From Octopus vulgaris (taxonomy: Eukaryota), in the NCBI GenBank assembly GCA_951406725.2, contig OX597823.1, forward strand, positions 57,784,001 through 57,848,000: a stretch of 64,000 nucleotides of DNA, given 5' to 3'. Position numbers and translations under genes: made by a program. Numbering within the stretch: the stretch's first letter is position 1; each line of letters opens with the position of its first letter. The notes below the pieces were generated by a model. It had not been told where the DNA came from. It saw only the letters and a program-made list of their open reading frames with translations, and made no database searches. Positions 27,411-39,472 of the stretch are shown here, one piece after another.

Positions 27411-28491
27411 ATAAATTAATAAATAAATAAAATATATGCATATATGCATACATATATGTACGTACCTACCTCTACATGTATATATACATGCATATATGGG
27501 TACGGGTTACCAGAAAAACGTCGAACACAATGAGAAACACAAACATAAACACAAAACCAAGCAAATGGACATTTTTTTAAAACAACGAAAAAATAGAGTA
27601 CAGGACATACAAAACAAGGAAAATTCTCCTTCTTCAGTCGCCTTAATTTCATCTACTCCACGCTTCGAGGGTCAAGGCGATACATGTCTTCCATGAAATT
27701 TTCCTTCCCGCGAAAAATCAAATTAAATAAAATTTGAGGTTTTTTTGCGGAGGGGTAAAAATGGTAATGAAAACAGGATAGTAACGACAGTACAAAATAT
27801 AAACAGTAAAAGACAGGACACGGAGAATAACAGTAGCACAAACAAGAAGGGCTGTTAAGCCAAACGAGATAAAAAATTTTTACGAACGCTATTGTTTGAG
27901 ACACGAGAGAGAACAGGTCTCTACTTGACGGAGTTCAAGAAAGAAAAGACAGAAATAGCCGTCTCATCACGTGATCGCGACGGGAGGGAGGAGGAGGAGT
28001 AAGAGAAGGGGAGAGAAAAGAAGAGAGAAAAGAGAGAAAAGAAGGGGAACGGTGGTAGAGAAAAAGAAAAGAATGAAGAATGAGGGAGAGAGGGAGAGAG
28101 AGAGAGATAGTAAATGGAAGAAAAGGCAAGCCCAAATAGTGAAGGCTGAGAAAGGGAGGGGAGAGAAAGGTTAAGAGTGCGCATCAATTAATATTAAGAA
28201 CAATCTTACTTAGAAAGGGATGCGTGCGTACTGTCATATAATAAATTAATAAATAAATAAAATATATGCATATATGCATACATATATGTACGTACCTACC
28301 TCTACATGTATATATACATGCATATATGGGTACAGGACACCAAAAATACGTCGAACACAATGAGAAATAAAAACATAAACACAAAACCAAGGAAATGGAC
28401 ATTTTTTAAAACAACGAAAAAATAGAGTACCGGACATACAAAACAAGGAAAATTCCCCTTCTTCAGTCGCCTTAATTTCAGCTACTCCACG
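27411..28491 (-). mobile_element. Non-coding element with ~250-bp terminal direct repeats (unit ~830 bp) nested in a SINE
   Basis: 27411-27662 repeated at 28241-28491; purine-rich interior; strand inferred from the T-rich end next to (TA)n. Confidence 0.75.
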
Positions 28492-28504
28492 TTATATATA
28501 CGCA

Positions 28505-28667
28505 TATTTACGATGGGCTTTCAGTTTCCGTCTACCAAATACACTCACAAGGCTTTGGTCAACCGAGGCTATAGTAGAAGACACCTGCCCAAAGTGCCAC
28601 TCAGTGGGACTGAACCCGGAACCATGTGGTTGGTAAGCAAGCTACTTACCACACAGCCACTCTTGCA
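28505..28667 (-). mobile_element. SINE family B, 5' half
   Basis: tttcagtttccgtctaccaaat...ctacttaccacacagccact. Confidence 0.85.
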
Positions 28668-28744
28668 CATATATATGTATATATATGTTTTTTATTCTTT
28701 TATTCACATTATTTACATTTGACGGATATTTATTATTATTATCA

Positions 28745-28835
<91 letters not shown>

Positions 28836-28861
28836 CATCATCATTATCATCATCATTATTA

Positions 28862-28940
28862 TTCAGGTCACTGCATGGAATCGAACTCGGAATCTTGGGG
28901 TTAGTAGCCCGCGCTCTTAACCACTACGCCAAATGACCGT
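28862..28940 (-). mobile_element. tRNA-like head (SINE or tRNA pseudogene) followed by (AAT)n
   Basis: TGGCGTAGTGGTTAAG A-box, CT-ACT-AA loop, GAGTTCGATTCC B-box; acceptor stem imperfect. Confidence 0.7.
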
Positions 28941-28992
28941 TGGTATATGGTGGTGTAAGCAAGCTATTTACCACACAGCTGCTCCTGCACCT

Positions 28993-29075
<83 letters not shown>

Positions 29076-29728
29076 CGTGTGTGTGTGTGTTTGTGTGTAT
29101 GTGTATTTGTGCTTATATGTATATGACCATGTATATATTTGAAAATCACGTTTTCTGGTTGTTATGTTGCATGAGATATTTGTATGTTTCATCCACATAA
29201 ACAGTTATGGCACCGACTAGCAATAATATCATATCTCTCTCACAAATTTGCTAAGGTGAGTTGAAAGTGCACTGACTGTATTTATTTGCACCTATATACG
29301 TTGCTAAATTTTAATTTTACGCTATTGATTACCTCGTTACTTAGAACATTCCAAAATAAAGAAATGCTACGACCATCTATATGAGATTTCGTTTTAGTGC
29401 CGAAAGAGACAGATGATGTACTGAGAGTAGTTGTATTCTAAACAGTGAATAGATTGTGCATGGAGTAAGATGACAGAATGCACCTGACCTAAAATGCAAA
29501 CACTAAGCAAACGAGAGCAATCACAAAAGTGTAAAATGACTACTGTTGACACTGAAAGAAATGTAACGTTCCGATTGATGTGCTATAAGAAATAGGAGGG
29601 GGCCGCACTGACAGGTGGAAAATAGAAAGAATATGCGATACCGCCACAGAAATTGTAACGTTACGGGTATACATATATATATTATGAATTTTACCCGCCC
29701 TAGATTTATATTTGTGCGTGCACACGTG

Positions 29729-29773
<45 letters not shown>

Positions 29774-29841
29774 ATAACAGTATAACTAAAAGAATCGTAG
29801 CTCGTAGGACAGATCTATTTCATCATATATATATTTATATA

Positions 29842-30248
29842 TTCTCTTTTACTCTCTTTTACTTGTTTCAGTCATTTGACTGCGGCCATGATGGAGCACC
29901 GCCTTTAGTCAAGCAAATCGACCCCGGGACTTATTCTTTGAAAAGCCCAGTACTTATTCTATCGGTCTCTTTTGCCGAACCGATAAGTTACGGGGACGTA
30001 AACACACCAGCATCGGTTGTCAAGCAATGCTAGAGAGACAAACACAGACACACAAACATATACACACACATACATATATATATATACATATATACGACAG
30101 GCTTCTTTCAGTTTCCATCTACCAAATCCACTCACAAGGCTTTGGTCGGCCCGAGGCTATAGCAGAAGACACTTGCCCAAGATGCCACGCAGTGGGACTG
30201 AACCATGTGGTTGGTTAGCAAGCTACTTACCACACAGCCACCCCTGCG

Positions 30249-30252
<4 letters not shown>
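29842..30252 (-). mobile_element. SINE family B
   Basis: Full-length match to other copies. Confidence 0.92.
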
Positions 30253-30290
<38 letters not shown>

Positions 30291-30315
30291 ATATATATAT
30301 ATATATATATACACA

Positions 30316-30375
<60 letters not shown>

Positions 30376-30516
30376 TTACGGAGATGTACTCGCATAGCAA
30401 GTAATTTGATCTGAGATCGTGTGCTGAAACGAAAACAATTGCAGCGTGGGAGGTGTTTATAAGCCATTTAAGAAACACACAAAAGCCGTTCGATTCACTC
30501 CAACATTTAAGTTTAA

Positions 30517-30566
30517 TTTGTCAAAATATTTTCGTCGCTAAAATCCGCGACCTGTTCACTGACAAA
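30517..30566 (-). ncRNA. Putative minimal type I hammerhead ribozyme with G3-C8 core, within a short element at ~30377-30605
   Basis: UUUGUCA|GUGAACA-G|GUCGC-GGAUUUUA-GCGAC|GAA|AAUAUU|U|UGACAAA: 7-bp stem I, 5-bp stem II, palindromic stem III. Confidence 0.7.
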
Positions 30567-31531
30567 GTCCGTGCTGCATCTAAGAAAGTAACAGTTAGTT
30601 CGTCATATATATGTATGTACGTATGTATGTGTGTATGTATGCATATATGTGTGTATGTATGTACGTATTCATGTCCGCACATACGCCTGTGTATGCATGT
30701 ATGTATGTATGTATGTATATATGTATGTGTGTGTATAAGCACGCACATACACTCTATAAAACATAAAGTTATAAACCTGTAGCGATGGATGGATGTAGAG
30801 TGACCACTCATCACAACGCTATCAAATTTCAACTCCCTACGGCCGAGGCTAGAAAGTGAATTTATGACGCTTGCTCACAAGAACTATACCCTAAAATCTA
30901 TTATCAGATTTTTATCTCTATATCACAGAACTAATGTTTTACTATTGTTCGTATGTATGTATGTGCGTATGTATGTATGTATGTATGTATGTATGTATGT
31001 ATGTATGTATGTATGTATGTATGTACATACGTACGCATGTGCGTATGTATGTATACGCGCCCGTATGCATGTGCCCATGTATGTGTGTGTGTACATGTAC
31101 GTGCGTATGTACGTGTGTATGCCCATACGTAGGTATGTATGTATGTTTGTATTCATGTGCTACGTATGTATGTGAGTGTCTAGGAGAATGGGCAGATGTG
31201 TCCGTGAGAGTGTGTACATGTGTATGTGTATGTGAACGTATGTCCGTGTACTGGCATGTGTCCGTCCAAGTTGTGTACATGACTGTTACTTAGCTGAAGG
31301 TTGTATACATATTTACATATATGTTTGTATAGACGCACACACATATATATATATGTGTGTGGGTGTGTGTTTGTTCCTCTCATCGTCGTCTAACCGTGAA
31401 TGGGTACAACGCCTAGGTGCGACTGTTCGTATCAAACAACGTCTGCTCATACCGTTGTATATAACTGCACATACGCATTGCAACCTGTATGTAAGGACTA
31501 CAGGTGAAAGGAGAGAGAGAGAGAGGGGTGG

Positions 31532-32872
31532 TTATAGAATAGTCCTTCTGAATGGGATCTGGATGTTATTCCATTCGGACTTTCGGTTGAGAGTAGGTTT
31601 GTATTCTTGTATACAAACAGCTTCTGTGACCTGTCTCAACATTGCATCGGTGGGATGTGTAGATAGGATGTTCAACTTAAGCTCCCCTAAGGATCCCTTG
31701 TGGCAGTCTACAGCATGTTGGTAGAAGATGGAGTTTGGCTTCCTTTCAATGTAGTTGTCCAGGTGTTCTTTGAACCTATCATTGATGCTTCTAGAGGTCT
31801 CACCTATGTATGACTCCGGGTTAGCCGCGCAAGCTCCCTCCTGGCACTTAATCTGGTATACAGTGCCCTTGGTTTTACAATTTACGTGTGGATTTGTCGA
31901 ACACACTGCACAATTACTCTGACAGGTGATTCTATCAAATGGATATGATCTGCATAATGCCGATTTGATAGTCCTACCTGTCTTTTCTACAACTTTAACT
32001 TTTAGGCCCGTAGTGCGCAGGACTTTCTTGAATGCCTTACTTAGCTCGTTCATAGGTGTGGCGTCAACGAACATCACTCCGTGAAATCTCCTGTTATCGT
32101 ACCAAGTAACGTTTCTCATCTTTTTGTTGGTGTCCCTCTCTAACCTATTCCAGAACTTGTTGCGGTACAGGGGGCATATACCGTTTTCGTCGTTCCCTAG
32201 AATGCGTTCGAATCTAGCTTTCGCTCCTTTGTACACCCTGACTCTATCGTCTTGTGTGTATCCGGAACGTTGCATTCGGAATATGTAGTGCTGGATGTGT
32301 TGTTGTCGTTCTTGTGGTTGGCATAGTGGTGATACATTCCTCATTACTCTAACTAAGTCTGCCACTAGGATGTTGAGTTTGGCAGTATCCGACACAGCTG
32401 AGTCACTACGGATTACTAGTGGATTAGCCATCGGTTTCTGATAGTGTGAGTGGAGTATACATGGTTTAATGGTACCATTAACTATAGCGTCTTCCATCCA
32501 TAGCTCAGTATCTAGGACGGGTAATCGTTTACTGGGGTGTCTAGAGGGGTAGTCTATGGTAAGTTTTATACTGCTGTGGATAGAGTCAGCTATGTGTTGT
32601 ATAGATGTCATCACCTGTTCTTCACTTGGTAGAGGGCCCATAACTGTGTCTGTATTACATTTCACAACAAGGTTAATGTCGTCGACGTAACGAGAGTACA
32701 TAGCCAAGTGGATGTTACGGTTTGCTAGGCACTGTTTAAAACGCTTGTCCCACCATACCATGAAGAGGTTAGCAACGTCACCGGCGATCCCCACTCCAAT
32801 AGCACCGCCTTTCGTTTGCTTATACAGTTTGTTGTCAAATTTAAAAATATGTGTTTTTAGCGTAAATCTCAG
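31532..32872 (-). CDS. Penelope-like element ORF, 5'-truncated (RT C-terminal half plus GIY-YIG endonuclease; Neptune-like)
   Basis: Stop-free frame FKFDNKLYKQTKGGAIG...YSRYVDDI...LPVLD...CQSNCAVC...C...GTVYQIKC...YIGETSRSINDRFKEH...H...EAVCI...PTLN; the N-terminus in the ORF track is microsatellite. Confidence 0.92.
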   Translation of the reverse strand: MRFTLKTHIFKFDNKLYKQTKGGAIGVGIAGDVANLFMVWWDKRFKQCLANRNIHLAMYSRYVDDINLVVKCNTDTVMGPLPSEEQVMTSIQHIADSIHSSIKLTIDYPSRHPSKRLPVLDTELWMEDAIVNGTIKPCILHSHYQKPMANPLVIRSDSAVSDTAKLNILVADLVRVMRNVSPLCQPQERQQHIQHYIFRMQRSGYTQDDRVRVYKGAKARFERILGNDENGICPLYRNKFWNRLERDTNKKMRNVTWYDNRRFHGVMFVDATPMNELSKAFKKVLRTTGLKVKVVEKTGRTIKSALCRSYPFDRITCQSNCAVCSTNPHVNCKTKGTVYQIKCQEGACAANPESYIGETSRSINDRFKEHLDNYIERKPNSIFYQHAVDCHKGSLGELKLNILSTHPTDAMLRQVTEAVCIQEYKPTLNRKSEWNNIQIPFRRTIL

Positions 32873-32891
32873 GCGTAGTAAATCTTTAGCG

Positions 32892-32931
<40 letters not shown>

Positions 32932-33777
32932 TAGATAAATAGATAGATAGATAAGTATATAAATACATATAGATATATACATACATATATACAGATATAT
33001 ACATATGCATAAATGTATTTGTGTAAGCACTCTCGTATGCAAGTGCGCTTGTACCTCTGTAAGCATATGGATATATATATATATATATATAAAGAGAATG
33101 AGGTAGATAAGATATTTAAATAATGATGGAAATAGTTTAAGAAAACATGAAACATAAAGCATACACAAAAAATACGAAACTAAAGAGAAAAACAAAATCA
33201 ATTGCAAGTTGCAAGAACGAATTTGTCTGCTTTGAAAACAAACTAAACTCTTGGGAATATATTCTAGCGTCAGCGTTCAAATGTCGATCAAAGGAATATT
33301 ACTAAATTTATTTGAGCTTGGTTGCCGAGCTGTCGAGTGAATTTCGATCTTTTAGTCTTCTCTGATCAGTGAAAAAAAATAAATGAAATAAAATTACTTT
33401 ATTATTGTTACTGGAGAACCATGATGAGTTATTTTGGTACGTGTTTTTATTTAAACTGTGTTATTTTCTTATAAAAAAAAAAATATTGCTTTTCAGGGCA
33501 GCAAATGTATTCGCTGATAATTTTTCTTTCATTATCGCTTCACGTTAAGTAGTTTATCTTGGATAAAATTGTGGTTGAATGTCGGGCAAAGTAGATTAGA
33601 TATGCATTCAGGAGTCTCACTGTTCGTATCGTAATTAATATCCGGTAAGTATTGCTCCTAAAACCTTACTCATTTTTTTTTTATCAACTATGGAAACGGA
33701 CTAAATTTTACATCAACCGCTTTCAGCTGCTCAGATTGTATATATAACAAGACAATATCGCCTGTTTTGGGCATGTT

Positions 33778-33812
<35 letters not shown>

Positions 33813-34533
33813 ATCTGACTATCTATTTCTTTATATCTGTTTTCTCAAATTGGCCATTAGAAGACATTCTCGCGTCGTATACATGATATCGTAATCAGAT
33901 CGAACTTCAAATTGATTTTGCATAGATTCCAATAGGTTAATGATCTTTAAAGCTGTTATAATTGGTTTCTCGATGATTCCTTCTCAATCCCCACTCCCCA
34001 CATTCCTTCACGAACATAAAATGTAAACCCATTTGAGAACTTCCTAAACGATGTGTTCGTTATATCGGAAAGAGACTATCAAGAAGCGATGCGCGGAGGG
34101 AGTTGTCCTTTTGTAGGAAGTGGACAGAAAATAATGCTTAAAGATAATTTCACACTTCTATTGATTCTGTAAAAATAAGTGTAATCATCATCAGTGCAAT
34201 GTAGCCTGAAAAACATACGAGAACCATCTGGTTTAATCACAGGAATACTTATCCGTATCTTTCTTCCCAATAACTCCATTACCAGTGAAGATATCCCACG
34301 GAAATAGAATGCAAATTCTTCATGGATTGCCACAAAATTAAAGCTTCTCAACGCTCGGGTTAGTTTATTGCTCTTAATGTGGCAGAAACCATAGAATTCT
34401 GCAGTAAATGTCTTCTGGTTTATAGTTTTCTTTAACTTCTAAGCTCAAATCCCACTGGCATTTTATCACCCCGGGGTAATTTGTTTAAAAAAAAGATGGA
34501 ACTAGTAAAGTACTGTAGTCAGTTCAGAACTTT

Positions 34534-34753
34534 AAGAAGGGGTGCTGAAAAGTTCCTGGCTTTGGGGAAAAGAAAATATAGGAGGATCAGTTAATTGTGA
34601 TTTTATGCGATATATTCCCCTCTCAGATTCGCACACTTATTGCCGCAATCCTTCAGTTTTTTTAAGCCCTGTAAAAGAAGGCGGAAGTTTGGATCTCCAG
34701 CCAGGCTTTTCACGATACCTTAAAACCATGAATGTTTCAGCAACACCCTTGCA
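34534..34753. mobile_element. Mariner-derived MITE
   Basis: Imperfect TIRs aaggggtgctgaaaagttcctggcttt and aaaaccatgaatgtttcagcaacaccctt. Confidence 0.65.
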
Positions 34754-34764
34754 AATGAAATCAC

Positions 34765-35040
34765 ATGGCTTAGTAGTTTGTTTCATGATCGGTAAATCGT
34801 GAGTTCGATTCCCGGACCGAGTTTTCTGTTGTGTTCTTGAGCAAAACACTTCCTTTCACACTGCTGCAGTCCACCCAGCCGTAAATGGGTAACCTTGCAA
34901 CGGAATATATTTCCCTTCAAGGATATTGTTGGGCTGCTCGCCTAACCAACGGGGTGCCATCATTCGAAAGGTAAAACGATGCGAAGCGCATTGTGACCAG
35001 CGATTTATAACAATATCCGATAGTCTGGTCGACACCTTGA
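34765..35040 (+). mobile_element. tRNA-derived SINE, family C (V/CORE-like domain)
   Basis: B-box gagttcgattccc then gtgttcttgagcaaaacactt...tccacccagccgtaaatgggta. Confidence 0.65.
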
Positions 35041-35409
35041 CATCCGTAATATAAATATAATAATGCTAGAAATGCCATTGTGTTACATGACAGACAGTTG
35101 CCTTTTGTTTTTATTAGGGCCTCTGCAAACCGTACATTGTGAATGAATTGGATAGAGGAAAGCTGTGTGAAAACTCTTTGATGGGTTGTAACTGTTATTC
35201 AAATGTACTGCCCTGTCAGTTATTTTGTCTCGTTGATTCGGATTCATAAATACATTAGGATTACGCCTCTGTTTGGAATACTCAGACGGTAATTCAACCC
35301 TTTGAATGGATTGAGCACACTAGTTCAAACAGACCCTTCTGATTACTGCTTTATTCGAGCACGAACGAAACTTGAAGTAGGTCACATACAACCGGATTTC
35401 ATTAATTGA

Positions 35410-35462
<53 letters not shown>

Positions 35463-35464
35463 CA

Positions 35465-35500
<36 letters not shown>

Positions 35501-36391
35501 TATATATCCCTCTCTCCCTCCCATCTCTCCCCTCATTCTCAATCACAGATACACACATAAAGCACACACAAAAATGTACGCTGAAATATTTGATGCATAT
35601 TGAAATATACAACTACAAATTAATAGATTTGGAAATATATTTCCGTACAATTACCATAATAATTAATGCATTTATACAGTACATGATAGTAAGGATTTGT
35701 AACACTGAAACGAACTTTCTCTTACCAAAACTGTTTTATGATATATTTATGAGGAAATCAGCCTCGCATATCTGATTGTGTTACCAACGAAATTATACTT
35801 GAATAATTACGAAAATAAAATATATATGAAAAATAAAAAACGAAAATGCGAAAAAAAGAAATTATTTTTAATAAGCTCATTAACTAGTCGTAGAAACCAT
35901 TTAATTTGCAACTAGGGGGTATATTTTTTGAGTGCAATCAATCAATAATATTTCGAATTTAAGCGAGTATAAACAGAGATATGATCGATCATTGGGAAGT
36001 ATATATTTCCTGATTTATAGTTCAAAATGGGAATAATAAAACGTATTGAATGTTTTTTCGGAATATATATATATATAAGTGTGTACATGTGTGTGTATGT
36101 GTGTGTATGTGTGTGTCTCTGTGTGTGTATACAGTCACAGACAAAATAAATGTATGTTTTAAAAAATAAGTCCATATACATATGTATATATATATATATA
36201 AGATACCGATGATATTTCTCCTAAGTGTATAGGTCTTTCATAAAGTTAATGTCATCTTGAATGAACTTCACTTTTTTCTAAATGAGTGGAAAATGGATAC
36301 AAATTTTGAATAATCATCATGATAAGCGACAATCATCGTCATAATCAACCGAATCAAACATAAGTATCATCATCATCATCATCATCATCAA

Positions 36392-36443
<52 letters not shown>

Positions 36444-36694
36444 GCTGTTGTTGTTTTTTTATAATTGTGGTAGTTGTTGTTACTTGTTTGTTATTGCTAT
36501 TTAATATTTAATTTTTAAGCTACTTCGACAGCTTTCATTGGTATAAATATATAGTCATCAAACTGAAATCTTAAGTATCTACTAAAATGGCGTCCATGAG
36601 ATTTTCGTTAAAATCTCAAATGTTGCAGAAAGCTATAAAAGTACACTTATTATTTATTATTTATTCAGTGTACATTGAAAATCACGAGGAACAC

Positions 36695-36760
<66 letters not shown>

Positions 36761-37287
36761 ATGAAGTGCAAAATAACGCTTCTCTCTTGAAACCATGTTG
36801 AATAATAAATTAATGGAAAAATGCTTAGAGAAACAAACAACTTGAGACCCATTACTCTTAGACATGACGCTAGAAAACAATTGCGATTGCGGAAATATCT
36901 AAAACTAAATAAAAATGCGTTTTTATATAGTCTAGGCTTTCTTTATACATATTTATTTTTTAGAAATTTGCAAAACATGAATTATACTTGTAACGATTTT
37001 CTTTTCAAAATTATGTATTTAAAAAATAACACCTATAAATTCGTTGTCATTTTCGCTTCAAATGCAATAATAACATAGATATACAAGGGTATATCTCACT
37101 GTGCGTACGCAATTCTTGATACTTTAACCGGGTAGTGTATATAAAATTCTGTTGTTTCTGACTAAATATCACTCCTTGAACACCAACATACATATTTCGA
37201 TATGCCGTAGTCAAAATACTTCCGAGGTTTTTACTAATATTTAAACACGCACACATATGCAATAGCATACATAGCTATATACACAGT

Positions 37288-37499
37288 AGTTTGAAATGTA
37301 AGCAGGAGGCCAGCAATTTCATGGAAGGAGATATGTCGATTACATCGACCCCCAGTATTCATGTGTTACTTAGTTTATTGACAGCGAAAGTATGAGAGGC
37401 AACGTCGATCTTGGCGGAATTTGGACACCTAACGTAAAGTCGAACGTAATAACACTAAGCATTTTGCCCCGCGTGGAAACTCCTGTCAGCTCGCCGCCT
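37288..37499 (-). mobile_element. SINE family A
   Basis: gtcgattacatcgaccccc...ggcggaattt...cagctcgccgcct. Confidence 0.85.
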
Positions 37500-37624
37500 T
37501 ATGTATATATATTAAGCTCATTAACTAGTAGGGGAAGCCATTTTATTTGCAACTAGGAGATATATAGTTTTGAGTTTATATATATATATATATTTATTCT
37601 TTTATTTATATATATATTTATTCT

Positions 37625-37665
<41 letters not shown>

Positions 37666-37720
37666 TCTTTTATTTATATATATATTTATTCTTTTATTTA
37701 TATAAATTTTATTTATATTT

Positions 37721-39450
37721 ACCAGCGGCCAAAGAGACAAAAATTGAGTACATCAACATCGAAGAAGATGATATCACACTAGCCATTGATGAGATTGACA
37801 CAAACTCAGCTGCTGGACCTGATGGATTCCCAGCGATCCTTCTCAAATCGTGCAAACGAGCCCTTGCAAAACCGCTACAGCTTCTTTTTCAGAGCTTTCT
37901 TGCAAGTGATAAGCTCCCAGTCAAACTGAAAGTGGGGGTTATGGATATGCCCTATCCATAAGGGAGGTAGCAGAGCAGATGCTAAAAATTATAGGCCTAT
38001 CTCTCTGACCTCACACATCAGCAAAGTCATGGAACGAATAGTCCGTAAGAAACTAATCATGTTCCTTGAAGAAAATGACTTACTGTCTGACACCCAGCAT
38101 GGATTTCGACCAGGTAGAGGCTGCCTAACACAGCTCCTGCAACACTATGACTGGGTGTTGAAACAGCTACTAAATGGCTCAAATGTGGATGTAATATATC
38201 TTGACTTTGCAAAAGCCTTTGATAAAGTCGACCATGGTATGATCTGTCACAAACTGCGTGGTCTTGGCATAGGCGGGAAACTTGGAGAGTGGCTGCACAA
38301 TTTCCTAAAAGACAGAAAACAGGCAGTTGTGAGCAATGGAGCCACCTCCAAGGAAACGCAAATAACAAGCGGTGTCCCACAGGGCACTGTCTTGGGGCCA
38401 CTGATGTTCATAGTGGCCCTTTCAGACATGCCTTCAGTTGCTACGATGACCACCCTTGCTAGCTATGCAGATGACACAAAAGTCTCCTACGCAATACAAA
38501 ACCCTGAAAATATTGCGCATCTGCAACATGAGCTGGACACAATATACAGGTGGGCTGAGGACAACAACATGCAGTTTAATGCAGGTAAGTTCCAGGCCCT
38601 GCGCTACTGGCACACAAAGGTAAATGACGTGAAGACTGGATACACTGGCCCAGGAAGAATTGCAATCCCTGAGTCAAAATCAGTGCGTGACTTGGGCATT
38701 GACATGAGCAATGATGCATCTTTCCAAATGCATATTGCTAATCTGGTGATAAAATGCAGACGGCTAGCTGGATGGATTCTCCGAACTTTCAGAACAAAGA
38801 GAAGGAGGCACTGATGGTCCTATGGAAAACATTTGTCCTCAGCCGCTTGGACTACTGCTTCCAACTTTGGTCACCACACAATATAAAACAAACAGCAGAA
38901 CTCGAAGCAACTCAGAGAAGCTACACAAATCGTCTCAATGCAAAATGTAAGCTACTGGGAAAGACTGAAGGTATTAAACCTCTTCTCCCTGGAGCGGAGG
39001 CGGGAGAGATATGCAGTGATATACATCTGGAAAATCCTGGAGGGTCTTGTCCCAAACTTTGGCATTCAAAGTTACTCCAACCGCAGAACGGGGCGCAGCT
39101 GCGTGGTGCCAAGGATTCCAACATCACCATCAAAATACAGGTCCAAATACTGCAACAGCTTGGGTTTCAGAGGACCACAGCTCTTTAACATCCTCCCTAA
39201 ATGCCTGAGAGACTTACATGGTGTGGATGTGGGTTTCTTTAAAACTAAACTGGATCTCTTCTTGTTGGGAGTCCCAGATGAACCTACCTCACGACAGGAG
39301 ACACGGATGCGGGCAGCAGCATCGAACTCCCTTGTTGATCAAGTGCCACGTATCAGAGGTGGATTCACAAACTAGTGTAGCTCATTCAGCGGTGGTGCCC
39401 CAGCATGGCCGCGGCCTTCGGGCTAAAACATTTTTAAGGATTTAAGGATT
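37721..39450 (+). mobile_element. CR1-group LINE, 5'-truncated, frameshifted RT ORF with intact 3' end
   Basis: AGPDG, NYRPISLTSH, QHGFRPGR, YLDFAKAFDKVDH, SGVPQGTVLGP, YADDTK, VRDLG, SYWERLKVLNLFSLERRRER, FKTKLDLFL; stop at 39375; tail (TTTAAGGA)x2. Confidence 0.93.
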
Positions 39451-39472
39451 TATATATATATATATATATATA

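Noticed and set aside
27625-27700. Type II hammerhead (GAAG...CTGAAGA on minus)
   Set aside because: Stems II and III cannot be paired with correct spacing in this copy
32873-33010. N-terminus of the 492-aa ORF as a true start
   Set aside because: Consists of junction filler and (TA)n/(TCTA)n; the element is 5'-truncated
33497-33643. Plus-strand exon (ttttcag...ccg|gtaagt)
   Set aside because: Stops in all three frames and no supporting neighbouring exons; a non-coding exon cannot be excluded
34079-34351. 90-aa non-repetitive ORF
   Set aside because: Non-ATG start, no recognisable motif, length expected by chance
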